Notes: a model not told the origin generated them from the letters alone. Counted from the stretch's first letter, positions 56,408 through 64,000 are shown. The stretch: 64,000 nucleotides of DNA from a virus (IMGVR_UViG_3300034101_003180:748-64747); one strand, 5' to 3'. Made by a program: numbers and translations.

Positions 56408-56730
56408 TAAATTTGTCCCTTACGAAACAACTCATTATTTGAATCGGCTTCCATCTTTGCATGGTCATCATCACCGACAAAGAATTCCGCCTTGAAGCAA
56501 TCCCAACCACGCCGATTCGCAACTTGATTTGCCGTGCATGGTGGTGATGGTGAAGGGCGATACGCTTCATCCCTGCACACCTCCCGCCTCGCCTCGTCGC
56601 GCTCACGCTCCAACTCACAGATCCTTTCATAGCCGTGAGAAATTATATTGATAACTTCGGGACTGAGACACCAGTTCTTGGAAAGTAGACGCAGTTCGCT
56701 TGCAACATCTTCAGGCTTGATCTTCTTCAT
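56407..56730 (-). CDS. Hypothetical protein
   Basis: ERERDEARREVC...A..RGWDCF; ATGA overlap. Confidence 0.65.
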   Translation of the reverse strand: MKKIKPEDVASELRLLSKNWCLSPEVINIISHGYERICELERERDEARREVCRDEAYRPSPSPPCTANQVANRRGWDCFKAEFFVGDDDHAKMEADSNNELFRKGQI

Positions 56731-57155
56731 GGCATCATATTTCTGTTGTAGGGGATGTATTCATCCTTTGCACACTCAGAGCAGAGAGTCTTCAGCCAGA
56801 AGCCACCCGTAGACACATGGACAACTCCGCGCTTTGCACACACTTCACAGACATTGGCACTCTGCTCCTCTGCGTAGTTGATACAATCCCACATCGTTTC
56901 ATCGACTTCACCACTCACATAGAATCGCAGAGTACCAAACTTCTCCTTGATCTGATCTATACGAAATGGAAATTCACAGTCAATAAACTTTTCAGGATTG
57001 GCAGCAAGGTGATCTTCAAGTCTTGCAAGAAGAACATGAATAATTTTGTTCCAACCGGGCTGAATCTCAATCCCATACATACAGCACCCCTTGTGCTTGA
57101 AGCAGAGGGGATACTGCTTCTCAAGATCTTCAAGGTTTAGGTGTTTATCTTCCAT
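56727..57155 (-). CDS. Phage protein with C-terminal Zn ribbon
   Basis: GW..II..L, QIKEKFGTLRFY, CEVC...W.KTLC..C. Confidence 0.75.
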   Translation of the reverse strand: MEDKHLNLEDLEKQYPLCFKHKGCCMYGIEIQPGWNKIIHVLLARLEDHLAANPEKFIDCEFPFRIDQIKEKFGTLRFYVSGEVDETMWDCINYAEEQSANVCEVCAKRGVVHVSTGGFWLKTLCSECAKDEYIPYNRNMMP

Positions 57156-57349
57156 TACTTGCCTGCGGTGATCGTGATTTTGCCAGCCATCATTACGGCT
57201 GACACTACCATTACTATAGCACCGGACATGACCAATGCAACCATTGCAATGTCAAATGCAGCACCAATAACACCCTTATAGGGAAAGACTTTGAGAGTCA
57301 TGGGCTCGGGCTTCTTCGTAATTTTCTTAGTAGCAATCTTCTTAGTCAT
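57155..57349 (-). CDS. Small membrane protein
   Basis: Basic N-terminus then long hydrophobic stretch. Confidence 0.55.
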   Translation of the reverse strand: MTKKIATKKITKKPEPMTLKVFPYKGVIGAAFDIAMVALVMSGAIVMVVSAVMMAGKITITAGK

Positions 57350-57461
57350 AACGATTCCTTTTGTCAATGTAATAAATTACAATGTCTGAAATCAACAGTA
57401 CCAACACCGGCAAAAAGGTGAAGAATACAAACCACCAGATTTGAGGTGGGTGATGATTCAT
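57342..57461 (-). CDS. 39-aa single-TM peptide (not in ORF track)
   Basis: MNHHPPQIWWFVFFTFLPVLVLLISDIVIYY...; TTGACA-16-TATAGT 6 nt upstream. Confidence 0.6.
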   Translation of the reverse strand: MNHHPPQIWWFVFFTFLPVLVLLISDIVIYYIDKRNRYD

Positions 57462-57508
57462 GCGCATACTATAGCATGAGAAAGCCCTGTGTCAAGATAA
57501 ATACTTGT

Positions 57509-59053
57509 ATGAGACGATTTAAAAACTTTTTACTAGAAAAAGAAGATTTGGGTCAAACAACACAATATGGGGGAAAAGCTCCATCTGGTGCATTACGCCG
57601 TAGAGTTGTTGATCCTGCTGTTGGTTTTGCCAAAGAGGTTGGTAGTGCATTAAAAGATAATCCTGTAGAATTTGGTAAGCAATATGCACAATCACTTCTT
57701 ACAGATCCAGAGACTTATCACTCAGGGTTGGCTGCAGCAGGTATGATTCCCGGTGTGGGTGAGATTGCCGATATGGCTGATGCAGCAATATATGCTGGAC
57801 AAGGAGATACAGAAGGAACCAAGATGGCGCTTGCATCAACGGTTCCATTTGCTGGAATGATTCCTGGTGTTGCAAGATTGGGAAAATCTGCAAAAGCATT
57901 GAGAGAACCTTTGAATCGTGCAGAGCAAGCGGTCAAAGATGCAAAAGCAACATGGAGAGAAACAAAAGCGGCTGAACATGCAGATACAATGAATGATCCT
58001 TTTTTCTCTCAAAGATTTTTAAAATCAGATATTCCAGCAACAGACGATTATATAACACTTGCTAACAAATTTGGTTTTGAAATTCCAAGAGTAGATCAGC
58101 CAACTGCTTCTTTGACAGGAATGGAAGTCCTTCAAGGTGTTTATGGTAAAGATGCAAGAAAAAATGTTGAACTTGCAAAAAGAGCACAAGAAAGAGCAAC
58201 TAGAAGAAGTGGTCTTGGAGTATTTGACACCAAAGGATCAGCACTTAAAGGTCTATTTGATCAAATGGGAATTAAATATGCACAATTCCCAGAAATTAGA
58301 CCAACGCGATCCACAAGAATTGAATTAGAAAATCCTTCAGAATTCGTATTGCCAGACTATTCAGATTCTGCATTGGCCAAAAAATTTAATGTTTATGTTG
58401 GAACACATCGGCCCGAGGGCATAGAAGGAACAGTTTCACCAATTTCACCATATGGGTATGCAGAAGTTCATTTGGCTAACCCAAATTCCGTATCATTAAA
58501 TGTAACAAATCCAAAACATTTAGATTTTGGTGAAACTATGGTTCACGAACTTACCCACGATTTGGGTTTTGCAAATCCAAAAACTGCATGGCCTGCGGTT
58601 CGGGCATCATCTACTAGTGGTAATTATGCAGACGCATGGAATGCATTGGCAAAAGATAAATTACCAAGAAGATACACACAAATAATAGATGATCCAAATT
58701 TTACCAGTAAATTACCACCACACCCAAATAATGCACTGATCAGAGATTATTTTTCAAACAGTGAAATACCGGGACAAATTGCTCAAGCAAAAGCATGGAT
58801 GCAAAGCAAAGGTCTTCCAAATGTAAATGCAAATATGTCTCAAGAAGAGGCAACAAGAATCAGAGACATGGTGTTGGACAAATATGGCAAAGGAATGTTC
58901 CCAGAATTCAAAGGTGGAGCCGGTGGACGAGCAACACCAGCAATAATTGATATAATTGGAAGTCCACAAGGAAAGAAATTATTTGAACTCATTGCCAAGA
59001 GAAACACTGGCTCAGAAGTCAACAATAGAGTCAATCAGATTGGATATGCCTAA
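57509..59053 (+). CDS. Polymorphic-toxin-like protein: pre-toxin hairpin plus HExxH metallopeptidase
   Basis: MRRFKNFLLE start after ATAAATA; GMIPGVGEIAD..DAAIY..QGD...A.....PFAG; MVHELTH. Confidence 0.7.
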   Translation: MRRFKNFLLEKEDLGQTTQYGGKAPSGALRRRVVDPAVGFAKEVGSALKDNPVEFGKQYAQSLLTDPETYHSGLAAAGMIPGVGEIADMADAAIYAGQGDTEGTKMALASTVPFAGMIPGVARLGKSAKALREPLNRAEQAVKDAKATWRETKAAEHADTMNDPFFSQRFLKSDIPATDDYITLANKFGFEIPRVDQPTASLTGMEVLQGVYGKDARKNVELAKRAQERATRRSGLGVFDTKGSALKGLFDQMGIKYAQFPEIRPTRSTRIELENPSEFVLPDYSDSALAKKFNVYVGTHRPEGIEGTVSPISPYGYAEVHLANPNSVSLNVTNPKHLDFGETMVHELTHDLGFANPKTAWPAVRASSTSGNYADAWNALAKDKLPRRYTQIIDDPNFTSKLPPHPNNALIRDYFSNSEIPGQIAQAKAWMQSKGLPNVNANMSQEEATRIRDMVLDKYGKGMFPEFKGGAGGRATPAIIDIIGSPQGKKLFELIAKRNTGSEVNNRVNQIGYA

Positions 59054-59054
59054 A

Positions 59055-59354
59055 ATGATAAAATTTATTCCATACATTTTCGCACTTTTGCTGATGTTAC
59101 CCAAGCAAGCACCAGCACAAATTTTAATTATTCCAGTAGAAGATTTGCTGATGACAATTCCCGACTTCAACAATGCCCCAAATTATAATTTTTGGAATGG
59201 AATGAACGGACAACAACCACCAATGGGTAACTCATCTCGACAACCCAGACTAAAGAACGAAGAAGAATTATTAAATTTGGCATGGGATATCTTTCCACAG
59301 GCTGAGACAATAAAAATTTGGAATAAGAAATTAATAATTAAATTAAAAGATTAA
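59055..59354 (+). CDS. Secreted small protein resembling a secretin N-domain fragment
   Basis: Signal peptide ending APA; V.DLL..IPDF.NAP.Y...EELL.L......P....I.......LII. Confidence 0.55.
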   Translation: MIKFIPYIFALLLMLPKQAPAQILIIPVEDLLMTIPDFNNAPNYNFWNGMNGQQPPMGNSSRQPRLKNEEELLNLAWDIFPQAETIKIWNKKLIIKLKD

Positions 59355-59355
59355 C

Positions 59356-59478
59356 ATGAAAAGATTCATACAATTTTTAGAAAATTATGATGTCTACCTT
59401 GATATGCCTATGGGGTCTAATAAAGAGGAAACCATAGAGTCAGAGGAAGAGGAAACTGAGGAAGAAGAGGAAGGGTAA
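59356..59478 (+). CDS. 40-aa acidic peptide with capsid-targeting-like N-terminus (not in ORF track)
   Basis: MKRFIQFLENYDVYLDMPMGSNKEETIESEEEETEEEEEG. Confidence 0.6.
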   Translation: MKRFIQFLENYDVYLDMPMGSNKEETIESEEEETEEEEEG

Positions 59479-59769
59479 AGATTGGGAAAGATTGATGTGA
59501 GGTAGGTAAAAGATTTTAAAGATTTTTAAGATAAGTTAGAGTTAAAGACCCTCTCACACACTCTCAAAGGCCCTTTAAATGCCATTACAGAGGCTTTTAG
59601 ACGCTTTATGGCCCGCAGCATGCCCAAATAACCGACCTCCTATAAGCCATCCTAGGCTGTCAAGCAAATAATAGCAAAATATTTAATAATTTTGACAAAT
59701 TTACAGCCCATCCGCGACCCCCATGGTCTGCAAGGGGCCTCAGAGTGACAAAATTAAGAAAATTTATAA

Positions 59770-60270
59770 CAATTTTACATCCCGTCCATAATTTTCATCC
59801 TGTCCAGTAAATTATTCTTTATATCCCGTCCTAGGTCTTGTCCTAGCTGCACTGGGCCCCATAACCCGGATAGTAGTGATTATTATTATTTTTATGGGGC
59901 CTGTCCGGCTGAATCCTGTCCCATAACCAGCAGGTAGCCCAGTACCAAGCCCGATAACATAGCCACAGTTATCAGAACCTTCCAGAAGGGTCCGATAACA
60001 GTATAGCACAAAGCCCGATAACTGCAAGAGTTATGGGATCCATGATCATCGATATTATGGGTCTCAGGACTACGTGTATTATGGGGCTCAGTGATCAAGG
60101 TCCCATAACTATAGCATGCAGGTCCGATAAGTCAAGGATCCAGTGGCCAATAACTTGGACCAGGCTCCCAAGCACCAGAGCTCGGAGCTCTGACTCATCC
60201 AGTCCAAGAATATTATTATTCTTTGCGGGGTCCATCCCGTCCCGTCCAGGCCGTCCCAGGCCGTCCAGCT
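59770..60270. repeat. Non-coding array of short repeats (CCSATAAC about 13 copies; ATCCYGTCC-like about 9 copies)
   Basis: Motifs directly visible in both orientations; no credible ORF. Confidence 0.75.
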
Positions 60271-60320
60271 ACTATCCGAGAAATCCAGAAGGTAAAGGCA
60301 CCCTTCTGGATAGTAGCCGG
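60268..60320. other. Nested inverted-repeat element, copy 1
   Basis: GCTACTATCC..ATCCAGAAGG..CCTTCTGGATAGTAGC. Confidence 0.65.
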
Positions 60321-60336
60321 TGCCCCCCGCCAAAGA

Positions 60337-60379
60337 CATAGGACCAGTCCAGGCTCTCTCCTTCCTGGCTGGTCCTATG
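60337..60379 (-). terminator. Long hairpin downstream of vWA gene
   Basis: CATAGGACCAG.CCAGG-loop-CCTGG-CTGGTCCTATG. Confidence 0.6.
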
Positions 60380-60397
60380 CAATTGACTAAGCTTTAG

Positions 60398-62584
60398 TTA
60401 GGCGGTAAGCCCTCCGAAGGCAGAGAGGGAGTAGAGTCCCTGATCCATCTTGCGGAGGGGCTGTCCCGCGATGATGTCCACATACTTGGAGAGGAACACG
60501 CGGCTACCTCCACGCTGCCCCATCGTCTTGACGAAGGTGTTCTTCACCTTGACGAAGGAACCCTTCTCAGCAATCGCGTCCTCGTCCTTGACGATCTTGG
60601 GGGTCTTGATGAGGAAGAACGCATCGTATCCGGGGAAGGTGTCCTCCACGACGAGGATGCAGCCGTCCTTATACTGCTCACGGGCCTTCAGGTAGCGGGG
60701 AGCGTCCTCAATGCGGTAGGAGCGACCCCGGACACTCACCCACTCCTTCTGAGTGACGCAGAAGTTTTGGTAGTCGTGTTCGGAGAGGTTACGCTGACCG
60801 ACGAACATCCCGACGATCCGGGCATTGAGGGTAGACCGCAGAGACTCCATGATCGTGGCGATCACTCCGTTGGGCAGAGTCACGGCGTAGTTTTCGCAGG
60901 GGAACCGAATCACGGTATCGCTGATCTCGTTGATGACCGTGAGCGAAGTGTTCTCCCCGGTGCGGTAGAACATCGTACCCGCCTTGCTATCGTCCATCAC
61001 GCCGATGCTGTTGGGCTGACCATCCGTGACGAGCATGAGGGTCGGAATCTGAATCTTGTTCGCAGTCACCCACTCCTTCATCAACTGCGAAACCATCATC
61101 ATGGCCTCCACGGTGGGAGTACCGCCCATCGGCAGGAAGCCACGGTGGCCGTCCTTGCAGTACGAGGTATAGAGTCCCGCGAGAATCTTGTCCCGCTTCT
61201 CCTTGCTGTCCGCAGACGAGGCGAGGTTCACCAACTTGCAATTATAAACTCTAACCGAAGTCGGGGAGGGATTGACGAGAACGGGATCGGAGGGATGCGT
61301 GAACCCGACACCCGCGTAGTCCTCGGGATTCTTCTTGTAATACTCCTTCTGCGCCTGCTCACGGTCACGGGTGTAGAGCGGGTGCGCCATGTCCGTGAAG
61401 GCGTACACCTCAAACGGGATCTTGGCCTTCTCGCAGAACCAAACCAACTGAAGCACCTGAAGGATGCAATTCCCGATGGACGAAGCCATCGACCCTGAGA
61501 AGTCGATCACGAACATGATGCCGTGATTCTTACCCTCCTGCTTGATGATCTTGGAGAGGAAGATATCGTCGTGAGTCCGGTACTGATGCAGGCGATCAAG
61601 GTCGAGCATCCCGGTCTGCTTGGGGCGCTCACGACGAATCTCGTCTGCTGCCTTACGGCGCTCAAACTGCGCGACCAACTGCCGCACAAACGCATCGGAC
61701 TCGCTGACGAACTGACGGTAGGGCGGGAGCGGGTCGATGCCAAAGACATGGCGCTGGCCCATGATCTCCATGAGGTCGGTGGTGCTGACGATCTGCTTGT
61801 CCAAGTTGGCAAGCGGGGAGAGCGTGATGGTCGAAGCGTAGAAAGTCTCCCCGTCCTTCTTGCCGATGGCAGCGGACATATCAAGGAGCTCACTTCCGGG
61901 ATCACCTTCCCCGGTCATGGAACTGCCCTCACCGGGAACGACCTTGCCCGTCTTGTCCCCCTTGCCGTTGCCCTGCGCTGCAAACTTCTTCTTCAGCGCA
62001 TCAACAGACTTGGCGAACTGCTGCGAACCGTACAGACGCTTGGCAAGGTCGATCACCTCATCGAAAGTCTCAACGGCAAGCACCTCGGCCACCACGGCCA
62101 TCTCGTCCTCGCTCATGGCGAAGGAGAGGAATCCGGGAATGCCCCACTTGAGGTAGGTGTTGAGGCGGTTCAGGGCAGATGCCTTGCTGAAGTCCTTGCC
62201 CTTGAACTTGAAAAGGTCGGTGTCGATGATCTCCTTGTAGCCCAAGAAGAAGTCACGCCGCGTCCCCGGATACTTGTCCTTCATCAGACGCTCAATGCGG
62301 ACATCCTCAATGACATTCGCAATGATCTGAAGGGTCTGAATGCAGTAGCCCTCCTCGCCTGCCTGCTTGAGCAGCACCTCGGAACGCTCATAGGGAGTCC
62401 ACAAGGCGTGGCTGATCTCATGCGCGACGAGCATGGACTGTAGGGTTTCGGAGACATTCCAAACGGGCATGACGAGGTGGCGGTTCTTGACATCGAAGGA
62501 TGCCGTGCCTGCACTAGCGTCAAAGGCGAATGAAATGTTCTCGGTGGCGAGGGCGCGGGCAAAGATGGAGAGAGACTTGTTCAT
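60398..62584 (-). CDS. HExxH metallopeptidase-like plus vWA domain protein (CobT-like partner of MoxR ATPase)
   Basis: VAHEISHAL, EDVRIE, IDFSGSM MIDAS, GGTP, VTDG. Confidence 0.88.
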   Translation of the reverse strand: MNKSLSIFARALATENISFAFDASAGTASFDVKNRHLVMPVWNVSETLQSMLVAHEISHALWTPYERSEVLLKQAGEEGYCIQTLQIIANVIEDVRIERLMKDKYPGTRRDFFLGYKEIIDTDLFKFKGKDFSKASALNRLNTYLKWGIPGFLSFAMSEDEMAVVAEVLAVETFDEVIDLAKRLYGSQQFAKSVDALKKKFAAQGNGKGDKTGKVVPGEGSSMTGEGDPGSELLDMSAAIGKKDGETFYASTITLSPLANLDKQIVSTTDLMEIMGQRHVFGIDPLPPYRQFVSESDAFVRQLVAQFERRKAADEIRRERPKQTGMLDLDRLHQYRTHDDIFLSKIIKQEGKNHGIMFVIDFSGSMASSIGNCILQVLQLVWFCEKAKIPFEVYAFTDMAHPLYTRDREQAQKEYYKKNPEDYAGVGFTHPSDPVLVNPSPTSVRVYNCKLVNLASSADSKEKRDKILAGLYTSYCKDGHRGFLPMGGTPTVEAMMMVSQLMKEWVTANKIQIPTLMLVTDGQPNSIGVMDDSKAGTMFYRTGENTSLTVINEISDTVIRFPCENYAVTLPNGVIATIMESLRSTLNARIVGMFVGQRNLSEHDYQNFCVTQKEWVSVRGRSYRIEDAPRYLKAREQYKDGCILVVEDTFPGYDAFFLIKTPKIVKDEDAIAEKGSFVKVKNTFVKTMGQRGGSRVFLSKYVDIIAGQPLRKMDQGLYSLSAFGGLTA

Positions 62585-62590
62585 GCGTGT

Positions 62591-62620
62591 ATCTTACCAT
62601 ACCGGGGTGCGAAATTGCAA
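62591..62620 (-). promoter_or_regulatory. sigma70-like early promoter, leaderless
   Basis: TTGCAA-18-TAAGAT, ATG 6 nt later, A-rich UP element. Confidence 0.7.
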
Positions 62621-62673
62621 GCCCATACTAAAGTTTTTTTAAAGTCCTATAACCGGCGGGGGGTCCATGGTGT

Positions 62674-62729
62674 CCGGCTACTATCCGGGACCATCCAAAA
62701 GCAGCTGCTTTTGGATAGTAGTCTGCCGG
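62674..62729. other. Nested inverted-repeat element, copy 2
   Basis: GCTACTATCC..ATCCAAAAGC-AGCT-GCTTTTGGATAGTAG. Confidence 0.65.
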
Positions 62730-62734
62730 TTCCT

Positions 62735-62767
62735 GGAGGGGACGGCGTAGCAGATGCCGTCCCCTCC
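62735..62767 (-). terminator. GC-rich hairpin downstream of 62784 gene
   Basis: GGAGGGGACGGCGT-AGCAG-ATGCCGTCCCCTCC. Confidence 0.55.
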
Positions 62768-62783
62768 ACCGCAGAGCAACAGA

Positions 62784-63005
62784 TTAGGCCGGAACTGCGT
62801 TGAACAGAACCGTCAGGTCGTAGGTACGGGTGCTGACGCTGCTCTTGCACTCCTTCAGCACCCAAGTCGGGATGCCCTTCATGTTGATGCTGTTTGCGAC
62901 TGCAAGAAGATCGGACTTCTTGAACTCGTCAGCTTTGATGCCGTTGGACTCTGCGTGAGTCTTTGCGGCCTGAATGAAGCGATTGCGCTTGTTGAGGTAA
63001 GGCAT
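62784..63005 (-). CDS. Small protein, possibly winged-helix
   Basis: 73 aa, strong AGGAGG RBS. Confidence 0.7.
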   Translation of the reverse strand: MPYLNKRNRFIQAAKTHAESNGIKADEFKKSDLLAVANSINMKGIPTWVLKECKSSVSTRTYDLTVLFNAVPA

Positions 63006-63023
63006 TGTTAGTTCCTCCTTTCT

Positions 63024-63968
63024 TTAGGCGTTGAGGGCGTAGTTAGTGTTGGTTGCCTGCGGGGGCGCAGGGGGGTTAGTGTTCTCCATCCCCTCCGGGG
63101 CCGGGAGGATGGTCGGGTCGATCTTGGTGTAGAGGTTGAAGAACGCCTCCTGCGTGGACGCATCGAACCGCGTCAGCGTCAGGCGGATCGCCTTCTGCTT
63201 GTCGTTGAAGATGGCAAACGCCTTGCAGACCTCCTCCAAACGGCGGGTCGTGATGATGTCATCCAAGCCGCCCTCCTTGAAGCCCATGCGGATCGTTTCC
63301 GCCCACTTGACGAGGTACTGCGCGAACTCCTTGTCGATCTTGCCGTAGTGCGTCATCTTGCGGATGATGATACGGGCCTCCACGGTACGATCCGCGTACT
63401 CCTGCTCAAACCAATAGGAGAACCGATCCACGAATGCTTCGTTGAGGCAGCGGGTGCCGACGAACCGATCAGACTCGCCCTTGCCCTTCGTGTTGGCGGT
63501 GGCGACCACATTGAATCCCTGCGCGGGCTTGACGAACACGCCGATCTTCTTGATGAAGATGCCCTTACCCTCAAGCACGGGCTGAAGGCACATCATCCGC
63601 TCCGTGCCCAAGTCGATCTCGTCCAAGAGAAGGACGGCACCGCGCTGCATGGCCTGAACCACGCCACCGTAGACGAACTTCGTTTCGCCGTTGATGAGGC
63701 GGAACCCACCGATCAGGTCATCCTCGTCAGTCTCGGCGGTAATGTTGACGCGGATGCACTCGCGTCCCGTGGCCGCGCAAATCTGCTCGACCATCGTGGT
63801 CTTGCCGTTGCCCGACAGACCCGTGATGTAGACGGGGGCGAACTGCTTGGACTTCAGGATCGTGGAGATGTCATCGTAGTGTCCCCACGGAACGAAAGTG
63901 TCGTTCTTGGCCGGGACGAGGGAGACTTCGGGCATGGACGCGATGAGGTTGTAGTTGCTGCTGCTCAT
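63024..63968 (-). CDS. MoxR/CbbQ/CobS-like AAA+ ATPase
   Basis: GLSGNGKT, TDEDDLIGG, LLLDEID, ATANTKGKG, NEAFVDRF, ITTRRL. Confidence 0.93.
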   Translation of the reverse strand: MSSSNYNLIASMPEVSLVPAKNDTFVPWGHYDDISTILKSKQFAPVYITGLSGNGKTTMVEQICAATGRECIRVNITAETDEDDLIGGFRLINGETKFVYGGVVQAMQRGAVLLLDEIDLGTERMMCLQPVLEGKGIFIKKIGVFVKPAQGFNVVATANTKGKGESDRFVGTRCLNEAFVDRFSYWFEQEYADRTVEARIIIRKMTHYGKIDKEFAQYLVKWAETIRMGFKEGGLDDIITTRRLEEVCKAFAIFNDKQKAIRLTLTRFDASTQEAFFNLYTKIDPTILPAPEGMENTNPPAPPQATNTNYALNA

Positions 63969-64000
63969 GTTTGAAACGGTATCACAAGTTTCGGGTGCGG

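Noticed and set aside
59770-60270. CRISPR array
   Set aside because: Repeats are only 8-9 bp, in both orientations, without regular 25-40 bp repeat-spacer units
59812-60341. Short ORFs across the repeat block
   Set aside because: Low-complexity translations of DNA repeats with no RBS or promoter support
60450-63974. Long + strand ORFs (243, 306, 208 aa)
   Set aside because: Antisense shadows of high-GC3 genes
1-64000. Genome-wide stop-codon reassignment
   Set aside because: Core genes are intact in code 11, TAA/TAG/TGA all end genes, and there is no suppressor tRNA; the 47990 TAA is an isolated case

Overview
64 kb of a large T4-like (Tevenvirinae/Kyanoviridae-type) myophage genome. 1-27982 is the T4 replication core (gp45, gp44, gp62, regA, dUTPase, gp43, uvsX, gp41, gp61, thyX, class II nrdJ). 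It is split by a 14-kb island of collagen, tail-fibre and LamG genes and a candidate lysis trio. 28-59 kb interleaves late (TATAAATA-driven, mostly + strand) genes with early sigma70-type (mostly - strand) small genes. Many late proteins carry T4-like capsid-targeting N-termini. The window has 7 tRNAs without encoded CCA, a circularly permuted two-piece tmRNA, a 145-nt tRNA-like RNA and a pseudoknotted RNA candidate. A repeat-rich non-coding block at 59.5-60.4 kb precedes an abrupt switch to GC-rich early genes (vWA-peptidase, MoxR/CobS ATPase). Planctomycete-style dockerin, PAPG-type PEP-CTERM and secretin-fragment motifs suggest a GC-rich Phycisphaerae-like host (inference). Most striking is a possible tRNA-punctuation expression system: ATG sits 2 nt after three tRNA discriminators, two upstream stop codons lie inside tRNAs, promoters are largely leaderless with 16-bp spacers, and the phage has its own tmRNA. 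Also notable are an FN3 domain split around a trypsin-like protease across an in-frame UAA, and a suite of putative head-packaged effectors. All family calls are from motif recognition by eye; no searches were run.
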